Assembly (NCBI GenBank): GCA_038844785.1
Contig: JAWBRA010000004.1
Span: forward strand, 1,496-65,495
Source: Candidatus Caldarchaeum sp.
GTDB lineage: Archaea; Thermoproteota; Nitrososphaeria_A; Caldarchaeales; Caldarchaeaceae
Direction of reading: 5' to 3'
DNA length: 64,000 bases
The stretch's first letter is position 1. Each line of letters starts with the position of its first letter. Under the pieces are notes generated by a model. The model was given only the letters and a program-made list of their open reading frames with translations. It was not told the origin of the DNA and ran no database searches. A program made the position numbers and the translations under genes. This document shows, one piece after another, positions 7,556 through 16,244 of this stretch.

Positions 7556-8503
7556 CTAAATCTTCTCTACCTCTATGCCGAATGTCTCACCTGTTTTAAA
7601 CGCGTTATCCTCCACGTCCGCTCCAGCGATGAACCATCGAACGCGGCCCACAACACCTTGGATGGCTGTCTTCTCGATGTCAAACCTTTTGACCGTCCAC
7701 GAGACTATGTCAAGTGAGGTAACCCTGTACTTGACTGTGTATATCCTTGTCTCAGACTTCTCGCCGCTTATTGCTACAATGTCGAGGAGGTGTTTGGTTC
7801 CGCTTATGCCGATAACTTCAACTTTCTCCCTTACTTCAAACCCCTCTGAGATGAGTTTTCTGATGAGTATCTTCAAAGGGTTGGCTGACTCTATCAGGCT
7901 AAGACCTTGGTCGGTCAGCTCGTATTCTCTGAGAATCATCTGGTCAGCATTTTTTAGTTCGTCGAACCATTCGCATGAAAGACATTCAGCAAGGTAAAGA
8001 GGTTCTGTGAAGATGTTTCCGCACGTGTTGCAGACAAACCTGAAGCCCGCGGTGTTTAAGCTTTTTTCAAGGGTATCTCTACACTTGGGACATACGTCCA
8101 AAGTTTTGACGACGTTTTCAGGTATTACCGCACCGCAGCTATGCATAAAGATGAGAGATTTTGTGATGTCTTCAGACCTGCACGACGTGCAAGCTGTCCG
8201 CGGGTTGAGAAGCGCGCCGCTACATTTAGGGCATCTTAATAGTTTTCTCGAAAACTTTGACCTGAGAAGGTTGTTGTTAACAAGGAAGTCAAGTCTTTCC
8301 ACAAGTTGTTGAACTGACGTGTTTGCTGGCAAATCAGACGAGAGCCTGACCTCGTTAAAAGGCTGGATGACTTCGAAAAAAGTATATGGTTTTCCCTGCC
8401 TAAACATCTCGGCAACACGCATGAGGATCGCAAAATCCTCGGGCTTTAAGCTACTCTGCGACAACTTCCTCCCATCTTCGCTGTTGGTCAACTGCTTTTG
8501 CAA
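7556..8503 (-). CDS. winged-helix-like N-domain plus double zinc-ribbon (CPKC..CTSC, CPKC..CNTC, CLSC) protein of unknown function embedded in the pilus operon
   Basis: Cys pairs in the translation. N-terminal helical HTH-like segment. Lies between the ATPase and the membrane-protein genes. Start may be the internal Met at 8422, which removes the 53-nt overlap. Confidence 0.45.
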   Translation of the reverse strand: MQKQLTNSEDGRKLSQSSLKPEDFAILMRVAEMFRQGKPYTFFEVIQPFNEVRLSSDLPANTSVQQLVERLDFLVNNNLLRSKFSRKLLRCPKCSGALLNPRTACTSCRSEDITKSLIFMHSCGAVIPENVVKTLDVCPKCRDTLEKSLNTAGFRFVCNTCGNIFTEPLYLAECLSCEWFDELKNADQMILREYELTDQGLSLIESANPLKILIRKLISEGFEVREKVEVIGISGTKHLLDIVAISGEKSETRIYTVKYRVTSLDIVSWTVKRFDIEKTAIQGVVGRVRWFIAGADVEDNAFKTGETFGIEVEKI

Positions 8504-10022
8504 GTTCCTCCGCCCTCATTTTAGCATTTTGCTCAAGAAGTTTTTCAATGATGGCAACATTCAACTCGTATCTTCTTCTCAGCTTTGCATCGTTTACAAG
8601 CGTTGGGGAGTTCAAGGCCAGCTGTCGCCGGTTCTCGGGGAAAAATCTATTCAGCGACTGGTCGTACCATGATATTAAATGCTCCTTGCCGACTTTCTCG
8701 ATCTCCCAAACACCTATGACTCTTCTGCCTCTAGGAGTTCCTCTTATCAACACAACGACGTCAAGGAAGCTGAGTTCTTCAGGTAACACGCCCATGCTGA
8801 CCGACGTTAGCCTCTGGTAGACATCTTCGAGGCCTTCGGCATGTATTGTCGAGGCCATGCCATGGCCTGTTGCGGCCGCGGAAAACATGACCCTAGCCTC
8901 TAATCCTCTAACCTCGCCCACAACCGTGTAGTCGGGTCTATGTCTTAGGCTGAGTCGCAGTATGTCGGCGAGGCTGTAGGCTGTTTCGCCGAGTGTTCTT
9001 CGGGTAACGAACCTGTGCCAGTTTTTGTGCCAAGAAAGATTGATCTCTGGATGATAGTCCTCGAGCGTGAGGATTTTGGCGTTGAAGGGTAGGAGCTGGA
9101 GCATGGCGGACAGGAACGTGGTTTTCCCACTTCCCGTCGGCCCAGCCACGATTACGAACTTCTTCGCCTCCAGCATCGTCCAGATGTATGCCGCAGTTAT
9201 TGGGTTGACTGTTCCGTTTCTGATGAGGTCTAAGATTGTGTAGGGCGATCGTGGAAACTTGCGGATGGTTATTGTGCTGGCGCCGGGTGTAAGCTCTCCT
9301 GCATATGTTAATGCAATCCTGTCGCCGTCATGTGTCATAACCTCGGCTGAAGGCTTTGCGATGCTCAGCTCGGCACCGTTCCTCTCAGCAAGAAGCCTCA
9401 CCTGCTTGTCCAGCTCCTCAGCCGTGAACTCGATGTTCGTCTCAATCCAAAGCAGGTCGGGATGTCTTCTGTGTATCACATAGGCTGGCCCAGGCTTGGT
9501 CACGGTTATGTCTTCCAGCTCCTCGTCACGTATCAAAGGCTCAAGCTTCCAGCTGCCCTTCAAATCCTTGACAACATGATATGTAACAGTTTTGAGCTCT
9601 ACTTCATCAAGCTCCAGGTCCTTGAGAATCTTTGAAGGCTCAACACCCTTCTTCACGTAGGCCTCCTCTATCTCGGCGACAATCCGCGCCAGTCTTTCGT
9701 CCAGAGCCGGTTCCTCCACAACGTATTTCACAGACCCATCCTTTTCAATTATCTTCACACTTAGGATTTCATCCACAGTATAATGTTCGATTACAGTTGG
9801 TTCAACGGTCTCTTGAGCAGGATGTGTTTCCTCCTCCTTTTGCATGGGTTTACGACGTCTTCGAAGAAAAGCAAAAGTTACTAAGACGGCTGCTCCTACG
9901 GGTGCAGCAACTATGGATGCGTTTAAGGGACTGGAGAGGATGAAACTGATAAAAATCAGGAATAGGGAAGTCACGATAGCGGCTACCTGTGATAGCGAGG
10001 AGAGCAGCTGCTCTAAGAACAT
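8451..10022 (-). CDS. type II/IV secretion-system ATPase (PilB/FlaI/VirB11/GspE family) with N-terminal hydrophobic extension
   Basis: Walker A VIVAGPTGSGKTTFLSAML, Walker B/His box region, and typical N-terminal domain. The first about 55 aa contain two hydrophobic segments. A TATA element 30 nt upstream supports the 10022 start. Confidence 0.8.
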   Translation of the reverse strand: MFLEQLLSSLSQVAAIVTSLFLIFISFILSSPLNASIVAAPVGAAVLVTFAFLRRRRKPMQKEEETHPAQETVEPTVIEHYTVDEILSVKIIEKDGSVKYVVEEPALDERLARIVAEIEEAYVKKGVEPSKILKDLELDEVELKTVTYHVVKDLKGSWKLEPLIRDEELEDITVTKPGPAYVIHRRHPDLLWIETNIEFTAEELDKQVRLLAERNGAELSIAKPSAEVMTHDGDRIALTYAGELTPGASTITIRKFPRSPYTILDLIRNGTVNPITAAYIWTMLEAKKFVIVAGPTGSGKTTFLSAMLQLLPFNAKILTLEDYHPEINLSWHKNWHRFVTRRTLGETAYSLADILRLSLRHRPDYTVVGEVRGLEARVMFSAAATGHGMASTIHAEGLEDVYQRLTSVSMGVLPEELSFLDVVVLIRGTPRGRRVIGVWEIEKVGKEHLISWYDQSLNRFFPENRRQLALNSPTLVNDAKLRRRYELNVAIIEKLLEQNAKMRAEELAKAVDQQRRWEEVVAE

Positions 10023-10047
10023 CCCCGGACTCCTACGGTAACGGTTC

Positions 10048-10056
10048 TTTATAAAA
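10048..10056 (-). promoter_or_regulatory. TATA box (TTTATAAAA) about 30 nt upstream of the ATPase start at 10022
   Basis: AT-rich nonamer in the divergent intergenic region. Confidence 0.4.
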
Positions 10057-10135
10057 ACTTGAGAAAAACTTGGAGGGGCTAGCTTGGGAATAGGACATAT
10101 GAATTATCGTGCATATACCCGAGTAGTATTACAGC

Positions 10136-10144
10136 TTTTATATT
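10136..10144 (+). promoter_or_regulatory. TATA-like element (TTTTATATT) 26 nt upstream of ATG 10166
   Basis: Spacing is consistent with a leaderless start at 10166 rather than the GTG at 10148. Confidence 0.35.
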
Positions 10145-10165
10145 CACGTGTTGTTGTGGTGGGTG

Positions 10166-10735
10166 ATGCCAACAACCAGCTTCTCGTCAAGAGTTGAGGC
10201 GGCGCTGGCTGCGGTTGAGCAGGGTGTTGAGCCTGAGAAAGTTGTTAGAGAACTGTCTTGGAAGGAGATGGAGGAGTTAGTCTCCGCCGGCTGCAGCCGT
10301 GCCGGCTTCAAATGCGTCAGGGACCTGCGTCTTAGCTTTGGAGGTAAACGTATCCAAGCAGATGTGGTCGCTGCAACGCCAAGCCTTTGTCTTGTCATAG
10401 ATTGTAAGAGATGGAGGAAAAGTTTGTCGGGGCAGGTTCTCAGCACGACAGTTATCAAATCCGTTGAAAGGACTAAGATTGTGGCTGACTTTTTGGGCAG
10501 CCAGTACCCGGGGGAATGCTTGGTGTTCTTCGCTCCTTTGATGATATCGCTCTACGAGCCTGACAAACGCATTGTGGCGGGTGTGTTCGTTCTTTCGGTT
10601 AACGCTTTGACCGGTCTTCTCAGAAACTCCGAGAATTTGCTTGCAGGGACGACGATAGTGAAAAAGCTCAGCCCCCGCTGGCTGGGATTTTTCGAAAGCT
10701 ACAACTTAAATCAAAGCAGGTTGAAAAAGGTTTAG
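10166..10735 (+). CDS. hypothetical protein with putative PD-(D/E)xK nuclease-like core (ADVVA...LVIDCKRW)
   Basis: ORF translation; the D...(D)xK motif arrangement is only suggestive. Confidence 0.35.
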   Translation: MPTTSFSSRVEAALAAVEQGVEPEKVVRELSWKEMEELVSAGCSRAGFKCVRDLRLSFGGKRIQADVVAATPSLCLVIDCKRWRKSLSGQVLSTTVIKSVERTKIVADFLGSQYPGECLVFFAPLMISLYEPDKRIVAGVFVLSVNALTGLLRNSENLLAGTTIVKKLSPRWLGFFESYNLNQSRLKKV

Positions 10736-10736
10736 A

Positions 10737-11228
10737 TTGGACAGGCTGTGGGCGCCTTGGAGAATGAGCTACATAAAGTCGTCGAAAAAAGAGCATGGAT
10801 GCATATTCTGCGAAGCTGTTAAAACCACTGACGACAGATCCAAATATGTTGTCCACCGTGGTAGCTCTGCTTTAATCATGATGAACCTATACCCTTACAA
10901 CAACGGCCACCTAATGGTTTCACCTTTCCGCCATATTCCATCCCTAGAGGACATGTCGGACAACGAAATGCTGGAGGTCATGAAGCTGTTGAAGCTGGCT
11001 ATAGAGCTGACTAAGAAGGTTTTGAACCCTGAGGGCTACAACATAGGGGTCAACTTGGGGAGGTCTGCTGGCGCTGGGATAGAAGACCACATCCACTTTC
11101 ACGTCGTGCCTAGATGGAGCGGTGACACCAACTTCATGACTACCCTGTCGGAAACGAGGGTCCTTCCTGAAACCATCGACCAAACGTATAACAGGCTTTT
11201 GGAGGCTAAGTCCGGTTTAAGCGTGTAG
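10737..11228 (+). CDS. HIT-family (histidine triad) nucleotide hydrolase
   Basis: HIHFHVVPR histidine-triad motif and CIFC zinc-binding motif. Confidence 0.75.
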   Translation: MDRLWAPWRMSYIKSSKKEHGCIFCEAVKTTDDRSKYVVHRGSSALIMMNLYPYNNGHLMVSPFRHIPSLEDMSDNEMLEVMKLLKLAIELTKKVLNPEGYNIGVNLGRSAGAGIEDHIHFHVVPRWSGDTNFMTTLSETRVLPETIDQTYNRLLEAKSGLSV

Positions 11229-12216
11229 CGACATCCAGATAATAACGGCTCGAAGGGTTGGCGAGAAGGACAACCCTGCTTACATCATCCTCAACAACTT
11301 TCTTAAAGCCTATTAAGCCAGCAAGGTTTTCAGCGAACACCCCTATCTCTTCAACGGATGGCATGTTTGTCTTCTGGAGCCTTAGCTGCGACTCGCCCAC
11401 ATGTGTATAGCCCTTGCATTCTACAAAGTCTGGTGAGGCCAGCTTGATGAGGTCGGCATATTTTTCAGGGCAGTGCATGTTGACGTTCTTGACTAGGGTG
11501 AGCCGTATTACCTTCCTGCAGGAGAACTTAGCCATCAGCTCCAGGGATTTGAGCAGCCTCTCCCAGCTGTCTGGAATGAGCGGTTTACATGTCTTAACAT
11601 GAGTCTCTTTATCTGGTCCGTAGAGGCTTATGTAGAGAGATGTAGGCTGAGCTTTTTGGATAAGCTCTTCAAGCCTCTCCGGCATCGTTCCGTTTGTTAC
11701 AAGGAAAGTGGTCATACCCCTGTTGGAAGCCTCCTGTATGAGGTCGGCGAGATATGGGTAGAGAGTTGGCTCCCCGTCCAGCGAAATCGCTAAATGCTTT
11801 GGCGTCATAGCCTCATTAAACATCTGTTTTGATACTTTGGGGTTGCCGCCGAAGCCTGACAAAAGCTGGCGTTGTTCAGCGATAATCATGTCCAGGAGCT
11901 TAGAAGGCTCTTCCCAGCCGCCGTCGAAAGGCTGAACCCTGTTGAGAGTATGGAAACGCCAGCAGAAGACGCACATCATGTTGCAGTACTGCAGCGATGG
12001 AGTCATCTGGATACATCTGTGGCTTTCTATCCCGTACCAGCTCTTGTAGCACATCTTTCCCCCGCGCAAAGCGGACTTCGTCCAGTGGCATACTTTGACG
12101 GCTGAATGATTTCCCACTATCCTGTATCCCGCCTGCTTAAACTTCTCAACCTGCTTCACTTCTTTTCGGAAGGGTTTCTCGACTCTAGCGACCTCAATCG
12201 TCTGAGCCATTCCCAA
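11206..12216 (-). CDS. taw1: radical-SAM tRNA 4-demethylwyosine synthase (Taw1/TYW1 archaeal homolog)
   Basis: CNMMCVFCWR radical-SAM CxxxCxxC. Upstream auxiliary cluster region KVCHWTKSALRGGKMCYKSWYGIESHRCIQMTP matches archaeal Taw1. Confidence 0.75.
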   Translation of the reverse strand: MGMAQTIEVARVEKPFRKEVKQVEKFKQAGYRIVGNHSAVKVCHWTKSALRGGKMCYKSWYGIESHRCIQMTPSLQYCNMMCVFCWRFHTLNRVQPFDGGWEEPSKLLDMIIAEQRQLLSGFGGNPKVSKQMFNEAMTPKHLAISLDGEPTLYPYLADLIQEASNRGMTTFLVTNGTMPERLEELIQKAQPTSLYISLYGPDKETHVKTCKPLIPDSWERLLKSLELMAKFSCRKVIRLTLVKNVNMHCPEKYADLIKLASPDFVECKGYTHVGESQLRLQKTNMPSVEEIGVFAENLAGLIGFKKVVEDDVSRVVLLANPSSRYYLDVATRLNRT

Positions 12217-12410
12217 ACCGTTAAGAAATCCGACCCATTAAAAAAGGTTGAGAAAATACATGACTAAAAACCGTCTCTGGAGCGAAGGGGAGGAGAAAAC
12301 ACTTCAGTCCTCAATATTTATAAATAGGCGTCCAGAAGCACCTTTTTTCCTGTAAACGGTTTGTGTTTTCAACGGAAATTGAAGGTAGGGAAAAATAGGG
12401 GGGAGGTTTG

Positions 12411-12498
12411 GCTGGAGGCAACCAGCATGACAACACTTGAGGCAAAACGTGTTGGAAACCCAAGCGACCTAACACTGGAGGCAACCAGCATGACAACA
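12411..12498. repeat. two exact 25-bp direct repeats CTGGAGGCAACCAGCATGACAACAC separated by a 38-bp unique spacer
   Basis: Copies at 12411-12435 and 12474-12498. Geometry is CRISPR-like but there are only two units and no cas genes in the window. Confidence 0.6.
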
Positions 12499-12824
12499 CC
12501 TAAGAACCCCCAAAGAAGAGAGAGGCCGGTATGTTAAATACATAGTCATGTATGGGATTGTGAGACCCATACATGTTAAAGGCTTTGTCATACCGGCTTG
12601 GGGTTTTTCTCTGCTGTCTATGGTGGTATGACCTCCAGCCTCTCTCCTGACAGCCTCTCTGATTCTTCTTATCGTTTGTTCCTCGTCTTTGGCCTTTATC
12701 CCTGTTCCTCCTTTTGATACCATCGTCAGACGCTGTAGCGTTTTTCGGAGATGTCCGTTGAATATCTTCGGTTTTCCGCTTTTCCTGTCTACCTTGTACA
12801 GTCTGAGGTAGTCTTTGATTTTTC

Positions 12825-13160
12825 TTATAAGTCTATGTATGTCATAAGCTCGGCTAAAGATTCTCTCGCCATCAGATGGTTATCTCCCCCGATTCCCAGA
12901 GCCTCGACAACCCTATTGTAGGCGGGTATCCTTTTACCCGCCTCAGAGACTATAATCTCCGCCATTTTAGTCATCTTCTCCTCCAAAGACTTGACAGCAT
13001 CTTTCAAGACCTCTCTTTCAACTCCGCTTAAAGCCCTCATCCTGTTCAACACGCTTCGACAGCTCTTAAACAGGCCCCTATACCCGCAGGTTAATCTACG
13101 CATAACAAGGATGTCTTCATTGACCTCTTTGAACCCTCTGCTCTCCAAAGCCATCAACAC
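12825..13160 (-). CDS. hypothetical small protein (111 aa)
   Basis: ORF with protein-like composition in an otherwise degraded region; no recognisable motif. Confidence 0.25.
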   Translation of the reverse strand: MLMALESRGFKEVNEDILVMRRLTCGYRGLFKSCRSVLNRMRALSGVEREVLKDAVKSLEEKMTKMAEIIVSEAGKRIPAYNRVVEALGIGGDNHLMARESLAELMTYIDL

Positions 13161-13379
13161 CTAGAATATCCCTATGGGTTGAAGACGGAACACCACATTT
13201 CAGCTATGGGAAGCCTCTGTTTATTCCATCAGGCCGTCAGCCAAATTATGACAGGAGATATTGTAGAAAATGCTGTCAAACCTTCTCCAACAGGGATAAA
13301 CACCCCAACTACAACAGAATACTAAGGAAAAAACCAAGAAAAAAGAGAAAAAGAGCGTCTCAGAGCTTTTAACAAGCCC

Positions 13380-13687
13380 TTTAGGAACTTCCGTAGGCTT
13401 TGCAGAACCTGTTGGTGGAGACAGCTGGCGATGTATTTCGGTGCTGTTCCGGTAGTAAGCGATCACTTCGCCATGCCTGAAATAGTGGGTGACGCCGGTG
13501 TCGTGGTAAAGTGCCTAACAGGCTCTGGAACGACGATGGAACTCACAACTGGGAGTTTAAGAAAAAGCTGGACGAAGGGCCTTACGAGGAGTTGGTGGAA
13601 AGGATTGTGGACGTGGTTCACGTGCTCTTAGACGACGATTACTGGGAAAATCTTTCCGTCAAACCCATAAATCGAGCAATCTTTTAA
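13380..13687 (+). pseudogene. C-terminal remnant of a family-1 (GT4-type) glycosyltransferase, split by a frameshift near 13505-13515
   Basis: Frame A reads ...LAMYFGAVPVVSDHFAMPEIVGDAGVVVK. Frame B reads NDDGTHNWEFKKKLDEGPYEELVERIVDVVHVLLDDDYWENLS. Both resemble the conserved GT1 C-terminal region. No N-terminal half is present. Confidence 0.45.
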
Positions 13688-13696
13688 AAGAAACTG

Positions 13697-14581
13697 ATGC
13701 GGGTTGCTGTGGTGGGGGCCCTCACAATAGACATCACACACGGTAAAACCTGCATTATCGGGGGCCCACCTTGGTATGCGGGCACAGCTGTACATGCTTT
13801 GAGAGCCGACGCCGTGCTATACTCAGCAGTGGGAGGGGATTTTCCAGACGATTTCATGCTGAAACTGGCGGAAGCTGGGCTTGACACCTCTAACGTCATA
13901 AAAGTTGAGGATGCCAGCAGCTATGTCTTCGAACCCGTTTTTAAAGACGGGGTGAGGGTTCTTAGGCTAGTCTCACAAGGCCCTCCGCTCCCTCAAAACA
14001 TTCTCGAAAACGTGGACACCGAAGCTGTGATAGTTTCGCCCGTGTTCAAAGAGGTTGGGAAAGAACATGTTATGCAACTTCGGTCGAGGACAGAGGTTTT
14101 GTCAGTGGATCTGCAAGGTTTTCTGAGGCAGCGGGACAGCAACGACTACATATTTTTACGCGGTCTTACGTTAACTGAAATATTCAGGGTGGCGGATGTA
14201 ATCCATTGTTCAGCTGAGGAGGCGGTTGCCTTGACCGGCCGCGAAAATGTTTTGGATGCTGCCTCTGCCTTGGCGAAGCTAGGGGCGAAAAACTGTTTGG
14301 TCGGTTTTACGGATGGGCTTCTCCTCACAGACTCCCGAAGTTTATCGCTCATTGAGGTAGTTGAACCAGTCATTACGGACGAAGGAACAGGCGCCGGAGA
14401 CATACTTACTGGCGCGTTCACCACGTTGTCTGCGGCTGGAACACCTCCTGAAGAAGCTGGCGTTAAAGCCTTGGAGGTTGTCGCGCGCTCACTCAAGAAT
14501 CCGCCGCCTGACCGTGTTCCCAAAGACTTGGAGCTCACTGGAAAGCTTTGCCGCGTTGTCTGGAGGAAATCTCTCGCCTAG
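13697..14581 (+). CDS. PfkB-family carbohydrate/nucleoside kinase (ribokinase-like)
   Basis: C-terminal TGAGD motif (EGTGAGDILTGAF) and N-terminal GG-type glycine motif. Confidence 0.7.
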   Translation: MRVAVVGALTIDITHGKTCIIGGPPWYAGTAVHALRADAVLYSAVGGDFPDDFMLKLAEAGLDTSNVIKVEDASSYVFEPVFKDGVRVLRLVSQGPPLPQNILENVDTEAVIVSPVFKEVGKEHVMQLRSRTEVLSVDLQGFLRQRDSNDYIFLRGLTLTEIFRVADVIHCSAEEAVALTGRENVLDAASALAKLGAKNCLVGFTDGLLLTDSRSLSLIEVVEPVITDEGTGAGDILTGAFTTLSAAGTPPEEAGVKALEVVARSLKNPPPDRVPKDLELTGKLCRVVWRKSLA

Positions 14582-14816
14582 CCTTCGAAAAAGCAAACCT
14601 AGCTTTAGAGGTAAGCCTAGGATATTTTTGTCTAAGCGCTGACTCAACTATTTTAGCCAGCTCGTCACTTATGCTGTACCTAGGTATAACGTTTTTTCTG
14701 TAGTTCAAGATTGCGGCTGCTAACGGCGAGTAGAAGGCCAGCCTCGGCTGCTTTAGAGCTTGCTTCACTGCTTCTCGCAGTTTTTTCTCATCTATCTCTT
14801 CTTTCTGTTTTTTCAT
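14535..14816 (-). CDS. hypothetical small basic protein
   Basis: ORF only; overlaps the kinase 3' end by 47 nt. Confidence 0.2.
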   Translation of the reverse strand: MKKQKEEIDEKKLREAVKQALKQPRLAFYSPLAAAILNYRKNVIPRYSISDELAKIVESALRQKYPRLTSKARFAFSKARREISSRQRGKAFQ

Positions 14817-15216
14817 GATTATTTGGTTTAATTTTTACCTTATAACGTTTACCTCTTCTTAGCAAATTTTCGTTGTTCGAAAAATCGAACAAAGTATGAG
14901 ATTAAATAGGAAGGCGTTAATTCAACCAAGACCGCATCTCAAGGGAGACCGAGTTATTTCCTCTTTGATAAGTAAACGGAGGTTGTTTTAGGTGGTTTTC
15001 AGCGGCTATAGAAGCGGGATAACACCCCCAGAGTCCACTTAAAGCAGGTTCAAGTAAGCAAATCGGTTTTGGGTATCGGACAGTTGGATGAATAATTCGA
15101 TGCTTGTTTAGTTAACTTTTTGGGTCCGAAGCCTGTCTTTCCCTAGGCGTTTTAAAAATAAAACAAGGAGCTTTACCTCCGTTAGGCAGTGTATGTTCTG
15201 GTAAAAGGTAAAAGTT

Positions 15217-15594
15217 TTACGCCGAAGACCTGTCAGCTATATGTTTGACGAATCTTTCTGGACGAAGTCGTTGGACCACAGCCTCGAAGGCTTTCTCCGG
15301 CTCTGACTCCTCTCCGCAAGTGTATATGTCGACTGTGGCGTACCGGTATTGGTGCCAGGTGTGGATGGCTATGTGGCTTTCCTTCACCAAAGCTATGACG
15401 GAAACGCCTCCCTTCTCCCCTCCGAACTTCCACGACCTGATCGAGACAAGCGTCATCTTGGAAATGTTGACTGCGTCCAAGACGGTCTGTCTGAGGAACT
15501 TCTGGTCTTTGAGCAGGTTTTCTGGACATCCATAAAGGTTGCCGAAGACGTGTTTACCGACAATCTGCTTTTGAATTGCTTTGCTTTCCAGCAT
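15217..15594 (-). CDS. speH: pyruvoyl-dependent S-adenosylmethionine decarboxylase proenzyme family (SpeH/archaeal ArgDC-like)
   Basis: KESHIAIHTW self-cleavage (ES|S) motif; size 125 aa. Confidence 0.75.
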   Translation of the reverse strand: MLESKAIQKQIVGKHVFGNLYGCPENLLKDQKFLRQTVLDAVNISKMTLVSIRSWKFGGEKGGVSVIALVKESHIAIHTWHQYRYATVDIYTCGEESEPEKAFEAVVQRLRPERFVKHIADRSSA

Positions 15595-15803
15595 CGCTTA
15601 CTCTACTTACCTCGCTCGTTTTCAAAAAATCATAACTTATAAAGTGTTTGCTTGAAGAAGATTTGACTTCATAGAAATTCACCAATTTTTGTCGGCTGAC
15701 TAATTTTTTTACCTGAAAAATACGCCGAGTTACTGATTGTACAGCGATGCAAAATTTTGGCCATCGAAAAAGCTAATTTACCTGTCTTTTACATCAGTGT
15801 TTG

Positions 15804-16244
15804 ATGCGAACACCTGAGCCTGGTGTGTACAGCAGGGGGGAGCTGAGCTTCACAACTCTGTTTGACTCCGTTTTGAAAGAGGTTTCAGACGGATCATGCG
15901 GTGCAGCAGCTTTTTTTGTGGGGATCGTGAAAAGACGTGGAAGAGGTGTCAAAGATGTGGAGAGCCTTTACATGGAATCCTATCATGAGCATGCGAACAA
16001 GGCATTGAGAAAACTGTGCGAGGAAGTGAAAGCAGAATATGGTTTACGGTTTCTTGGAGTCTGGCATTTGGTCGGCAGCTTCGCAGTCGGAGAGGCTGTG
16101 GTGATGGCGGCCGCAGCGGGGGGGAGCAGGGAAGAGGTTTTCAGGGGCTTGAGATTAGCCGTCGAAAGATACAAAAGAGAGCCTGCCCTTTTCAAAAAGG
16201 AAGTCTACGTCGACGGCTCTGGAGCCTGGCTTGAAGGGGCATGA
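15804..16244 (+). CDS. moaE: molybdopterin synthase catalytic subunit MoaE
   Basis: ESYHEHANKAL...GLRFLGVWHLVGSFAVGEAVVMAAAAGGSREEVF conserved MoaE core; ATG at 15804 preceded by TTG. Confidence 0.65.
   Translation: MRTPEPGVYSRGELSFTTLFDSVLKEVSDGSCGAAAFFVGIVKRRGRGVKDVESLYMESYHEHANKALRKLCEEVKAEYGLRFLGVWHLVGSFAVGEAVVMAAAAGGSREEVFRGLRLAVERYKREPALFKKEVYVDGSGAWLEGA

Noticed and set aside
10148-10165. GTG start at 10148 for the PD-(D/E)xK-like ORF
   Set aside because: TATA-like element at 10136-10144 is only about 8 nt upstream of it. The ATG at 10166 has the canonical 26-nt spacing.
12411-12498. Calling the repeat pair a CRISPR array feature
   Set aside because: Only two repeat copies and no cas genes or further units in 64 kb; kept as a repeat and flagged as a finding instead
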